A DNA stretch of 64,000 nucleotides from Gemmatimonadetes bacterium 13_2_20CM_2_65_7 (GTDB lineage: Bacteria; Gemmatimonadota; Gemmatimonadetes; Gemmatimonadales; GWC2-71-9). Positions 37,635-46,671 of the stretch are shown here, one piece after another (the stretch's first letter is position 1; each line of letters begins with the position of its first letter). Location of the stretch: the NCBI GenBank assembly GCA_001915025.1, contig MNDR01000081.1:18814-82813 (forward strand), given 5' to 3'. A program made the translations under genes and the position numbers. The notes below the pieces were generated by a model. It did not search any database. It was not told the DNA's origin and saw only the letters and a list, made by a program, of their open reading frames with translations.

Positions 37635-40271
37635 ATGGCCGCCTGGAATATCTTCGGACACGAAACCACACCTGAAAAGCTTCCCGCCGAGCTGCGCGCG
37701 ATCCTCGCGGAGATGAAACGCGAACGCGTGGCGTTCGAGAACCTGACCACTACCGCGCGAGACTCCGGTCAGAGTCTGACGCAGCTCATGCAGCCGCTCA
37801 CCGAGGCGCAGAAGGTCGTGAGCGAATTGCAAGCGCGCGTCAAATCATTGGAACGGTTGGTGCCGGTCCTCGCGACACTGGACGAGCAGACCGAGAACGT
37901 CTCGAAGTCGCAGCGGCGTACCGAGACGCAGCTCACGCAGAACTCCGACAACGCCAAGCAGCTGCGCGGCGAGATCGACGAGCTGCGCGGCGTGCTGGAG
38001 CAGGCGCTGGCGCTGAAGAATGACGTGGCCGGCTTCCTCGAGCTGGGCGGCGGGTTCAAGGCGCTGCGGATGGACGCCGACACGTTGAGCGGCGCGGTCC
38101 GCGAACTCACGAACGGCTTCGATCAAGTGCGCGCGCGGCAGGAAGAGCTCCGCAAGTCGAGCGAGTCGATTGCCGCCCGGTTCGGCGCGTTTGAGGAGCG
38201 GCAGGTGAGTTCGCAGCGGAGCGTCAGCGAAACCGAATCCCGCACCGCGACGGTCGGCCAGACGCTCAAGGAGCTGACGCAGGCCGCGGCCGAGGCCGCG
38301 CAGACCAAGCGGCAGCTCACGACGCTGAAGACACTCGCGGACGGCGTGACCGCGAAAGTCGCAGCGCTCGAGCAGCAGCGTGACGTGGTCGACCGCGCCA
38401 CCGCCGAAGTGGGCAAGCTCCACGTGCTGATGGGCGAAGTCGACGCGAAGATCCGCCGCCACGAGGCGAGCGCCAAGGGCCTCGGCGAACTGGAATCGAA
38501 CGTCGGCGAGCTCAAGGCCCTGCACGCCGAGGTGCTGGAGCGCTCCACCGAAATCACCGCCAACCATGACGCCGTGAAACAGGCCGACGAGGAGCTGCGC
38601 GCCCGTCTCGCGGCGCTGCGCGACGACGTGCAACGCGCCGTGAAGCGCTTCGAGCTGGAGAACCAGGGGCTCGACGCGGTCGGGCAACGCATCGTCGATC
38701 TGCGCGCGGGGCTCACGGCGATGGAAGGGCGCTTCAAGTTGCTGGAGGAGTCGAGCCGCACCATCACCGACGTCCACTCCAAGGCCGATGGCCTGACGAC
38801 GCAGCTCGAGGGCATCGCTGAGAACGTGGCGCTGCTCGGCACGCAGGCCGAGCGCGTGCGCACCATGGAGACGAGCACCGGCCGGCTGGGCAACACGGTC
38901 GAAGAGATGACACAGCGCGTGGCGCAGCTGGAAAAATCGCACCCCGGCGTGCAGGCGGCGCTGCAAGATGTCGCGATGCTCAGGGGCACACACGAATCGG
39001 TCAGGGGCGCGCTGGAGCAGGTGGAGGGTGCCGCCGACGAGATGGCGCGTGTGCTCGAGCAGCAGTCAGGAACCAAGGCGTGGCTCTCCGGCGTAACCGA
39101 CCAAATCAAGGCGCTCCGTGGCGAGCTGGCCGCAATCGAGGATCTGAAGCCGACCGTCGAATCGGTGCGCGGCGAAGCCGATCACCTGTCGCAGGCCATG
39201 GGCCAGATCGAAGCCCGCAGTCGCGTGGTGGACGATCTCAACAAGCGGTTGTCGGAGCTGACGACATTGGGCTCCCAGCTAGATGAGCGGAGCCGCGAGT
39301 TGCTGGCGCGGATGCAAGGTGCAGACGAGCGCTTCAGTGCGCTGGCCGCCCACGCCGACGAGTCCGCGCGCATCGAGAAGCTCGTGCCGGCAGCCGTCGC
39401 GACCGTCGAGCGTGCGGAGCGCCGGGTGGGCGAAGTCGATTCCGCCGTGACGGGGCTCGAATCGCGCGCCCACAATCTCGAAGGCCTCGCCGAGCGCACA
39501 CGCGCCCTGGGTCAGGAGCTCGAGCTCAAACAGACCGCGCTGGACAAGGCGACGGAGCATCTGGACCGCGTGGCCCAGCTGCGCGAGCAAGCGGCGAGTG
39601 CCGCACAGCAGCTCGAAGAGCGCTCTGGCCAGCTCAACAGCGCGGTCTCGACCGCGGGCAACCGGCTCATCGAGTTGACCGCGACGCTTGACGACCTGGA
39701 TAACCGGGCCGGCAGTCTGCGCTTCGCGCAAAAGCGCATGGCGCAGTTCGAGGAGCGGCTCGCGAAATGGGAAGCGGTCGAGTCTCAGTTGACGCGCGCG
39801 CTCGAGCAGATGAACCAGCGCCAGACGACGGTGGATGCGATGCAGGCAGATATGCATCGCCTGTACGAAGTCGCCGAGAAGACGACCGATGATGTCCGCT
39901 CCATCGCGGGCGCGCGGGAGGAAATCGGCCAGACACGCGCGATGCTCGAGACGGTGCTCAGCATGGTGACGCATGTGCACGACGCCGCCAACGGCCTGGA
40001 TCATCGCAAGCGCCAGGTGGAGCAAGCCGAGGAGCGGCTCGCGCGGGCGGAGGCGATGCTGGCGGAAGTGCAGGCAGGCCTGGAGCGCCTGCACGGCCAG
40101 AAGGCGTTGCTCGATCAAGCGGTCACACAGGCGAGCGCGCTCGAATTCCAGACCAAGCAGGCGGAGACGGTGATCGCCTCCCTGCGTCAGGAGCGGGAAA
40201 TCACTGACAAACTGCGCGCCGCCGTGACGCAGCTCCGCGAGGAGCGTCAAGCGAAACCGAAAAGCGCTTAG
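37635..40271 (+). CDS. 878-aa all-coiled-coil protein, unknown function
   Basis: SD GAGGGA. Composition is dominated by E/Q/R/L/A with heptad-like periodicity along the whole length. No enzymatic motif, TM segment or signal peptide. Confidence 0.7.
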   Translation: MAAWNIFGHETTPEKLPAELRAILAEMKRERVAFENLTTTARDSGQSLTQLMQPLTEAQKVVSELQARVKSLERLVPVLATLDEQTENVSKSQRRTETQLTQNSDNAKQLRGEIDELRGVLEQALALKNDVAGFLELGGGFKALRMDADTLSGAVRELTNGFDQVRARQEELRKSSESIAARFGAFEERQVSSQRSVSETESRTATVGQTLKELTQAAAEAAQTKRQLTTLKTLADGVTAKVAALEQQRDVVDRATAEVGKLHVLMGEVDAKIRRHEASAKGLGELESNVGELKALHAEVLERSTEITANHDAVKQADEELRARLAALRDDVQRAVKRFELENQGLDAVGQRIVDLRAGLTAMEGRFKLLEESSRTITDVHSKADGLTTQLEGIAENVALLGTQAERVRTMETSTGRLGNTVEEMTQRVAQLEKSHPGVQAALQDVAMLRGTHESVRGALEQVEGAADEMARVLEQQSGTKAWLSGVTDQIKALRGELAAIEDLKPTVESVRGEADHLSQAMGQIEARSRVVDDLNKRLSELTTLGSQLDERSRELLARMQGADERFSALAAHADESARIEKLVPAAVATVERAERRVGEVDSAVTGLESRAHNLEGLAERTRALGQELELKQTALDKATEHLDRVAQLREQAASAAQQLEERSGQLNSAVSTAGNRLIELTATLDDLDNRAGSLRFAQKRMAQFEERLAKWEAVESQLTRALEQMNQRQTTVDAMQADMHRLYEVAEKTTDDVRSIAGAREEIGQTRAMLETVLSMVTHVHDAANGLDHRKRQVEQAEERLARAEAMLAEVQAGLERLHGQKALLDQAVTQASALEFQTKQAETVIASLRQEREITDKLRAAVTQLREERQAKPKSA

Positions 40272-40302
40272 GCTACCGCGTCGCTGGGGCGTCCGGGAAT
40301 GG

Positions 40303-40941
40303 CTAGGCGTCGGGCGGCACCGTCACCGGTGCGAACTTGCGCCGCTCCGCCGTGTGCGCGCGCAGGTCCGCCGCGGTCTTGATGACTACAAGCAGCACCA
40401 ACGTCGGCAGCGGCGATCCGAGCAACATCACGATCCAGCCGCCGAACAGCATCGTGAGGTGAAGCACGATAACTCGGCTGTAGGGCTGCCCCATCAGTGC
40501 ATTCAGCGAAGCGCGCTGGTATTCGCCGTTCTTCAGGTAGTTCCGGTAGAAGGAGAATCCGTGGCTGGCGACGAGGCTGGCAACACCCCAGCCCAGCTGA
40601 TTGGCGCCAATCGCCGATATCACGGTGGGAATCAGGTTGAAAGGGTCCGGCCCTTTGGGACCGAAGAACGCCACGACCAGCACGCCGTGGATGTAGGTGA
40701 ATCCTCCGAAGTGCACGATGAAGAACGGAATGAGAAACGCCTTCCCCAGCCAGTAGACGGGCTGGCGCGGCTGCGCGAGCAGCATCTTGGCGACGTTGAA
40801 GCCACCCACGACCACGTTCTCGAGCCAGTAGAGCAGCACCAACGGGAACACCGTCCAGCCGAGGAACAGGACACCCGCGACCGGAAAGGCATTCGCCAGC
40901 AGGAGGATGAAGAGGGAAGGAGTCACGGCGAAAGTATACAT
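40303..40941 (-). CDS. Polytopic membrane protein (DUF6498-like, from memory)
   Basis: Six hydrophobic helices. LYWLENVVVGGFNVAKML and FIVHFGGFTYIHG motifs. Confidence 0.55.
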   Translation of the reverse strand: MYTFAVTPSLFILLLANAFPVAGVLFLGWTVFPLVLLYWLENVVVGGFNVAKMLLAQPRQPVYWLGKAFLIPFFIVHFGGFTYIHGVLVVAFFGPKGPDPFNLIPTVISAIGANQLGWGVASLVASHGFSFYRNYLKNGEYQRASLNALMGQPYSRVIVLHLTMLFGGWIVMLLGSPLPTLVLLVVIKTAADLRAHTAERRKFAPVTVPPDA

Positions 40942-40950
40942 TATCGAGGA

Positions 40951-41556
40951 GTGAACCCAGTCCTCCAGGTCCAGGATTTACGCTACGAATTGTTGGGAGA
41001 CGGACGAGCGCTCGTCGACGGCGTTTCGTTTACCGTGGGCGTCGGAGAAACACTCGTGCTGCTCGGGCGCAGCGGGTCGGGGAAAACCACGACGTTAAAG
41101 CTCGTGAACCGTCTTCTCGTGCCGACGAACGGCGCCGTGCTGATCGCAGGCGAGCCGGAGGATCGCATCGAGCGGCGCGTGCGCGAGCTGCTCGTCCTGG
41201 TCGGTCTCGATCCCGATACGTTCGGTGCCCGCTTTCCGCACCAGCTCTCCGGCGGCCAACGGCAGCGCGTCGGCGTGGCCCGCGCCCTCGCCGTCGACCC
41301 GCCGCTGCTGCTCCTCGACGAGCCGTTCGGCGCGCTCGACCCGATCACGCGCCTCGAGCTGCAGCGCGAATTCCGCGGCCTCCAGGGCAGACTCGGAAAG
41401 GCTATGGTTTTCGTCACGCACGACGTGCGCGAGGGACTGTTGCTCGGCACGCGCCTCGGGTTGCTCGATGCCGGGCGGCTCATCTTCCTGGGAACGCCAG
41501 ATGAATTCCGCGCCAGCGCCTTGCCCGAGGTCCGTCAATTCATGGAAGCCGCCTGA
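40951..41556 (+). CDS. Osmoprotectant-type ABC transporter ATP-binding protein lacking the Q-loop segment
   Basis: GTG 40951 follows GAGGA. Walker A GRSGSGKTT, signature LSGGQRQRVGVARAL, Walker B LLLLDEPFGALD, VTHD. Only about 60 aa separate Walker A from the signature, against about 95-100 in this family (see finding). Confidence 0.75.
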   Translation: MNPVLQVQDLRYELLGDGRALVDGVSFTVGVGETLVLLGRSGSGKTTTLKLVNRLLVPTNGAVLIAGEPEDRIERRVRELLVLVGLDPDTFGARFPHQLSGGQRQRVGVARALAVDPPLLLLDEPFGALDPITRLELQREFRGLQGRLGKAMVFVTHDVREGLLLGTRLGLLDAGRLIFLGTPDEFRASALPEVRQFMEAA

Positions 41557-41591
41557 GGCTATTCCAGTTCTACGCCCGGCACGCGGGCGAA

Positions 41592-42182
41592 GTGGGGCTG
41601 CTCCTCGGCCAGCACATCGGCCTCGTGGCGATCTCGACCGGCTTCGCCTTGCTCATTGGTCTGCCGCTGGGCGTCCTCGTGGCGCGCCGGCCCGCCTGGC
41701 GGCGACCAGTCCTCGGCCTCGCGAACGTGTTCCAGACCGTCCCCAGTCTCGCGCTGTTCGGTCTCCTGATTCCGGTGTTCGGCATCGGCGCGTGGACCGC
41801 GATCACCGCCCTCGTCGTGTACGCGCTGCTGCCGATCGTGCGCAACACGTACGCGGGGATCACGGGCGTGGACCCGGCCGTCCGTGAGGCGGGTCGAGGG
41901 ATGGGGATGACCGACGGCGAGCTACTGCGACTCGTCGAGCTGCCGCTCGCCGCCGGCGTCATCCTCGCGGGTGTGCGCGTGGCGACGGTGGTGAGCGTCG
42001 GCATCGCGACCATTGCAGCCGCGATCGGAGCGGGCGGGCTCGGCGTCTACATCTTTCGCGGCGTGGCGACGGTGGATGACACGCTCATCCTTGCGGGCGC
42101 TATTCCTGCCGCGTTGCTCGCGCTGCTCGCGGATGCATTGCTCGGATTGGCAGAACGGAGGCTCGTCTGGCGCCCACGATAG
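41592..42182 (+). CDS. Osmoprotectant ABC transporter permease (OpuCB/ProW-like)
   Basis: FQTVPSLALFGLLIP, EAA-type loop AVREAGRGMGMTDGELLRLVELPLA. The conserved-looking upstream segment FQFYARHAGE has no canonical start, so the start is uncertain. Confidence 0.8.
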   Translation: MGLLLGQHIGLVAISTGFALLIGLPLGVLVARRPAWRRPVLGLANVFQTVPSLALFGLLIPVFGIGAWTAITALVVYALLPIVRNTYAGITGVDPAVREAGRGMGMTDGELLRLVELPLAAGVILAGVRVATVVSVGIATIAAAIGAGGLGVYIFRGVATVDDTLILAGAIPAALLALLADALLGLAERRLVWRPR

Positions 42183-42196
42183 TCCGTCTGCTGCTC

Positions 42197-43039
42197 GTGG
42201 CGATCGTTTTGTCGGGGTGTGGACGACGGGATCACATCGTCGTCGGCGCGAAGAACTTCACCGAGTCCGACCTGCTGGCCGAGATCGTCGCGCAGCAGAT
42301 CGAGCGCCGTACTGGACTGCCGGTCGAGCGCCGCCTGCACCTCGGCGGCACCTTCGTGTGCGACCGCGCCATCAAAGCCGGCAATATCGACCTGTACGTC
42401 GAGTACACGGGCACGGCGTTCACGGCGATCCTGAAGCAACGGCCGATCTCCGATCCCGACAGTGTGTATCGCTTCGTCGCGGCGACGTACGCGCGGCAGT
42501 TCCAGTTGCAATGGACCGCGCCGCTCGGCTTCAATAATACGTTCGCGATCCTGGTGCGCCGCACGGATGCGCAGCGCTATGGCTTGAGGTCGATTGGCGA
42601 TCTCGCCCGGGTGGCACCGCGCTGGAAAGCGGCATTCGGTTATGAGTTCCTGGAGCGCGCAGACGGCTTTGCGGGTCTCGCGAAGGTGTACGGCTTGACG
42701 TTCTCACGGCCGCCCAGCGCAATGGATCTCGGTCTCACGTACCGCGCGTTGGCTGACCATCGAGTGGACGTGATCGCCGGCAACTCGACCGACGGGCAGA
42801 TCGCGGCTCTCGATCTGGCGGTTCTGATCGACGATCACCGGTACTTCCCACCCTACCAGGCTGCGCCGATCGTGCGAGCGACGACCCTGGAGAAGTATCC
42901 TGCGGTAAGCCGCGCGCTCGCGGAGTTGGGAGGCAAGATCTCCGACGCCGAGATGCGCCGACTGAACGCGCTGGCAGACGTGGAGCATAAGGACATCGCT
43001 GAGATCGCGCGGGCGTGGCTCGCTGAACGGATCCCCTGA
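42197..43039 (+). CDS. Glycine betaine/osmoprotectant ABC transporter substrate-binding lipoprotein
   Basis: Lipobox VLSGC. VGAKNFTESDLLAEIVAQ...GNIDLYVEYTGTA...FNNTFAI... is typical of the OpuCC/OpuBC family. Confidence 0.8.
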   Translation: MAIVLSGCGRRDHIVVGAKNFTESDLLAEIVAQQIERRTGLPVERRLHLGGTFVCDRAIKAGNIDLYVEYTGTAFTAILKQRPISDPDSVYRFVAATYARQFQLQWTAPLGFNNTFAILVRRTDAQRYGLRSIGDLARVAPRWKAAFGYEFLERADGFAGLAKVYGLTFSRPPSAMDLGLTYRALADHRVDVIAGNSTDGQIAALDLAVLIDDHRYFPPYQAAPIVRATTLEKYPAVSRALAELGGKISDAEMRRLNALADVEHKDIAEIARAWLAERIP

Positions 43040-43050
43040 GGAGAGTTCCC

Positions 43051-43497
43051 ATGCCAGAAGCTGACGGCGTCGTGGTTGTGCATGGTGGTGCGCGCGGGTT
43101 TGTCCAGGAGATCACCACGGGCCGGCATCATCTTGTCGCGGACGAGCCCGTCGCCGCCGGTGGGACAGATCGCGGCCCCGGGCCTTACGATCTGCTGCTG
43201 GCGGCACTCGGCTCTTGCATGTCCATGACGATGGCGTTGTACGCGCGAGCGAAGCAGTGGCCACTCGAGACAGTGGTCGTCCGCTTACGGCACTCGCGGA
43301 TTTACGCCAGGGATTGCGCCGATTGCGTGGTTAGAGACGATACGATGCTGGATCGCATCGAGACGGAGGTTCAAGTCTCCGGCGCGCTCACACCTGAGCA
43401 GCAGCGCAGGCTTGTGGAGATCGCCCACAAGTGTCCGGTGCATCGCACGCTCAAGTCCGAGATCAACATTCGGGAAGTGTCGACGCTCACTGCTTAG
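43051..43497 (+). CDS. OsmC/Ohr-family peroxiredoxin-like protein
   Basis: GPGPYDLLLAALGSCMSMT...KCPVHRTLK, the two conserved Cys contexts of OsmC. Confidence 0.85.
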   Translation: MPEADGVVVVHGGARGFVQEITTGRHHLVADEPVAAGGTDRGPGPYDLLLAALGSCMSMTMALYARAKQWPLETVVVRLRHSRIYARDCADCVVRDDTMLDRIETEVQVSGALTPEQQRRLVEIAHKCPVHRTLKSEINIREVSTLTA

Positions 43498-45100
43498 AGT
43501 CGGTCGTGGGGAATGGGGGGGGGGACAACGCGATGTAGTGTGTCGTGCGTTCGCGACCGACTACGAGCGCACGGATGCGGTCTTCCACCTCACGATCCGA
43601 TTTCGTGGTCCGATCATGTTGGCGGAGGTGCTCCGCCCATGACTCCACCAACCAACACTCCACACAGCGTCGCGGGTCAGCGGAATCCACGAACAGCTCC
43701 CAGAAGACGGCGCCATCGCGGCGGCGAATCGGTCGCAGCTGGCTGCGCATTGCATCGACAAAGGCGGCGCGCCGTTCCGGTTCGACGATGTACTCGACCG
43801 TCACGAGCACCGGCCCGGCTTCGGCGTCGAGGCTTTCGGCCACGACGGGATCGGGCCAGTTCTGTGAGTGCTCCAGATTGCCAGCGTCGGCAGCCGCGAG
43901 GCGGAACCGCGGTATCACCGTCAAGCCGAGTAGCAGCGCACCTCCAGCAGCGGTGAGGGCCCACTGGGTGCCGGCTTGGTTCGCGATGACCCCCCAGAGC
44001 AGCGCGCCGAGCGCGAGCGACCCGAAGAGGATCAACGTCGCTATCGAAAGCGCGCGCCCTCGGACCCACGCGGCGGCGCCGCGCTGTGCCGCCAGAATCA
44101 GACTCGATAGGATCGTGAGCCAGCCCGCGCCCGCGATGACCATGACGGCGACCAAGACCGCGAAGTTGGTCACCCACGCGAGCGACAGGCATCCGAGCGC
44201 GAACGCAGCAGTGGCTATGGCCGTGATCGCGTCCGTCGACCAACGCTTGCGCCAAGCCGGTAATACGGACGCTCCGATTAAACCACCGAGTCCAAGGCTG
44301 CCGACGAGAACTCCGTACGAAACGGGGCCACGACCCAGGGTTACCCTCACGACCAAGGGGAGCAGCGCCCAGAGCGCGCTGGCGAAGCCGACGAAGGTAG
44401 CGGCGCGGACGGCGACTGTGCGCAGCGCCGGGGCGTAGCGCACATAGCGCACGCCGGCCTGCATGGCCGACACGAGGCGCTCGGCGGGCAGGCTCGCACG
44501 AACAGGCTCACGCTTCCAGCGCCAGAGGACGTAGAACACGCCGACGACGGAAACGGCATTAATCAGGAAGGCGGGGCCTGGCCCACCCACGACGATGATC
44601 ACGCCGGCGATGGCCGGACCCAGCGCACGCGCGATGTTGATTGCGACCGCGCCGAGTCCCACGGCCGCCGGCAACTCCTCGCGCGACACGGTTTCGGGGA
44701 TGATCGCTTGCCAGGAGGGCAGGTCGATCGCGCTGCCCGCGCCGATGGCGAGCGTTATCAGGAGCAACATCCATGGCTGCACCACGCCTGCGATCGTCAG
44801 CACCCCCAGCAACCCTGCCACCAGGAACAACCACACCTGTGCGATGAGCAGGATGCGGCGCCGATCGAGCACGTCCGCGAGCGCGCCCGCGGGAAGCGCG
44901 AGCAGAAATAGGGGCAGGGTGGTGGCGACTTGCACCAGCGAGACCATCAGCGGCGACGGCGCGAGCAATGTCATGAGCCAGGCGGCCGCGGAGTCGTGCA
45001 TCCACGTGCCGATGTTCGACGTGACGTCGGCGATCCAGAGACCGCGGAACAGTGGCCGGCGGAGCGGGCTCCAGGCGGAAGGCGCGGTCGTGTCGGCCAA
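43487..45100 (-). CDS. MFS transporter with C-terminal cytoplasmic ABM-like domain (likely exporter of the adjacent operon)
   Basis: TTG start 15 nt after the upstream stop. Twelve TM helices. Soluble tail VLVTVEYIVEPERRAAFVDAMRSQ...FWELFVDSADPRRCVECWLVESWAEHLRQH. Confidence 0.8.
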   Translation of the reverse strand: MADTTAPSAWSPLRRPLFRGLWIADVTSNIGTWMHDSAAAWLMTLLAPSPLMVSLVQVATTLPLFLLALPAGALADVLDRRRILLIAQVWLFLVAGLLGVLTIAGVVQPWMLLLITLAIGAGSAIDLPSWQAIIPETVSREELPAAVGLGAVAINIARALGPAIAGVIIVVGGPGPAFLINAVSVVGVFYVLWRWKREPVRASLPAERLVSAMQAGVRYVRYAPALRTVAVRAATFVGFASALWALLPLVVRVTLGRGPVSYGVLVGSLGLGGLIGASVLPAWRKRWSTDAITAIATAAFALGCLSLAWVTNFAVLVAVMVIAGAGWLTILSSLILAAQRGAAAWVRGRALSIATLILFGSLALGALLWGVIANQAGTQWALTAAGGALLLGLTVIPRFRLAAADAGNLEHSQNWPDPVVAESLDAEAGPVLVTVEYIVEPERRAAFVDAMRSQLRPIRRRDGAVFWELFVDSADPRRCVECWLVESWAEHLRQHDRTTKSDREVEDRIRALVVGRERTTHYIALSPPPFPTTDSKQ

Positions 45101-45115
45101 TCTCTGGTCTCTTTC

Positions 45116-45895
45116 CTAACTACCGGTCGAAAACCGCACGGCGCCGATCTCGGTCAAATCGCGTAGCGTCGCCGCGATTTCGCCGGGACGAAGACCGGCC
45201 GCGCGCGCCAGGTCGTCCACCGTACGCGCGCCATCGGCGAAGCGCACCACGGAAGCGATGGCGTCGCTCGCGCGTGCCACCGCCACGCGTCCGTGACGCG
45301 AGCGCGCCACGATGAGGCGCGTTGCGCGCCGCGGAGCCTCGGGGGGCGTTGTCCACGGTTGCAGCAACTGGGGCAACACCGTTGGCAGGTCGTACTCCAG
45401 CTCGAGCAGCTCGGTGCCTTCAACCAGCTCGGGGGGGGGCGGGGGGGGCGGGGGCGGAACCACGGCCGGCCGATCGTCGTCGCGACCCGTATCGCGCCAC
45501 ACGCGCGGACCAGCCTCCACCACCATCATCGCTTCCTGGTAGCGCAGCAAATCCTTGTGATATGGCACTTCCTCGCCGGCGACGTACGCCGTGACCAGGC
45601 GCGCGACAGCATGCGCCGTGGCCCGCTCACCGAGCACCGCAGTCGCGAGCAGCGCGTCGAAGCCCGGTTGCCGCAACACCGCCTCGGGCCAGCGTGCGGT
45701 CACGCGCGCGAGCGCCCGCGAGTACTTGAAGAAATGGACAATGCGCTCGTGATAGAAATGCCGGGCGAGAAACCGCGCGAACCGCTCGACTTTCCCGGCG
45801 TCCACGAGCCCGCGCCCGCGCCACTCGGCCGACGCCCGGTAGGGCGCGTCGGCCAAGGCACGGATCACGTCGTCTTGCAGGGCCCGATCGTTCAC
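45116..45895 (-). CDS. Candidate MNIO partner protein: helical N-domain, poly-Pro linker, RRE-like winged helix
   Basis: GTG 45895 is in a GTGA overlap with the DUF692 stop. A PPPPPPPPPP linker. C-terminus RLIVARSRHGRVAVARASDAIASVVRFADGARTVDDLARAAGLRPGEIAATLRDLTEIGAVRF resembles PqqD/RRE domains (beta strands followed by a wHTH). Confidence 0.5.
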   Translation of the reverse strand: MNDRALQDDVIRALADAPYRASAEWRGRGLVDAGKVERFARFLARHFYHERIVHFFKYSRALARVTARWPEAVLRQPGFDALLATAVLGERATAHAVARLVTAYVAGEEVPYHKDLLRYQEAMMVVEAGPRVWRDTGRDDDRPAVVPPPPPPPPPELVEGTELLELEYDLPTVLPQLLQPWTTPPEAPRRATRLIVARSRHGRVAVARASDAIASVVRFADGARTVDDLARAAGLRPGEIAATLRDLTEIGAVRFSTGS

Positions 45896-46671
45896 AGCGC
45901 CGCCCGGATGCGGTCGACGCTTGAGAAGAGGACGTCGGCCGTGAGCGACGGTGAGAACGCGTCGAACGTCACCGCTCTTGTCGCAGGGCAGCGCGTCAGC
46001 GCGTGCGCCATGAAGTCGAGCATCGCGTCGCTCGGTGCCGTCGGAGCGATCCACGGACCCTCGAGATCGCGGTCTTGCTCCACGCCCGCGACGTGCACTT
46101 CGACCACATGCTCCAGCGGGAACTCGGCGAGCCAGGCTTGGGGCGTGAGGCCACGGTAATGCGCCTCGAGCCACACGTGCGGCAGATCGAGCAGGAACCC
46201 GGTTCCGGTCGCGTCGAAGAAGCGCCGCAGCCATACGGGCTCAGGCATCTGACTGGCGTGCACATCGAAGAAACCGGGGATGTTCTCCATGACCAGCGGT
46301 TGGTCGAGGCGCGCCTTGAGGGCGTTGGCGTTGGTGACGAACCGCGCTAGAAACTCTTCCGTGTAGAGCGGCGGGAAGACGTAGTTGAGATTGTAGGTCC
46401 CGTCCTCCGTGTGCAGGCACTGAAAGTGCTCGGCCACCCAGGGCGAGTCGTACAACCCGGCCAGGGAGCGGGCCCGTTCGATGGCGCGATCATCGAGCGG
46501 CTCCGAGAGCTGACCCAGATAGTCATGCAGCAGCAGCGTGTAGCGCTGTTTGATCGCGGGCCAGTGCCGATCGCCCGCCGCCGGTGGGTCAGCCATGGCC
46601 AGATGATCGATGTTGCGGGCCGCCGCGAGCTCGGCGCCGAGGTGCGGATTGTAGAATGCGCCGACCATCAT
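45892..46671 (-). CDS. DUF692 / MNIO-family (MbnB/TglH-like) multinuclear non-heme iron enzyme
   Basis: TIM-barrel xylose-isomerase-like pattern. LLLHD, SPWVAEHF, LVMENIP, FLLDLPHVW and EVHVAG correspond to the conserved His/Glu/Asp-bearing strands of UPF0276/DUF692. ATGA overlap with the upstream gene. Confidence 0.7.
   Translation of the reverse strand: MMVGAFYNPHLGAELAAARNIDHLAMADPPAAGDRHWPAIKQRYTLLLHDYLGQLSEPLDDRAIERARSLAGLYDSPWVAEHFQCLHTEDGTYNLNYVFPPLYTEEFLARFVTNANALKARLDQPLVMENIPGFFDVHASQMPEPVWLRRFFDATGTGFLLDLPHVWLEAHYRGLTPQAWLAEFPLEHVVEVHVAGVEQDRDLEGPWIAPTAPSDAMLDFMAHALTRCPATRAVTFDAFSPSLTADVLFSSVDRIRAAL

Noticed and set aside
43400-43470. Nucleotide similarity between 43400-43470 and 50250-50320
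   Set aside because: Explained by OsmC paralogy (KCPVHRTLKSEI region). It is not a mobile element or an inverted repeat boundary.
45431-45457. G/C homopolymer blocks (also 63158-63200) considered as repeats, G-quadruplex regulators or CRISPR-like elements
   Set aside because: They lie inside ORFs and encode a Pro10 linker (minus strand) and a Gly13 linker, respectively. There is no spacer-repeat organisation. Noted only as indel-prone tracts.
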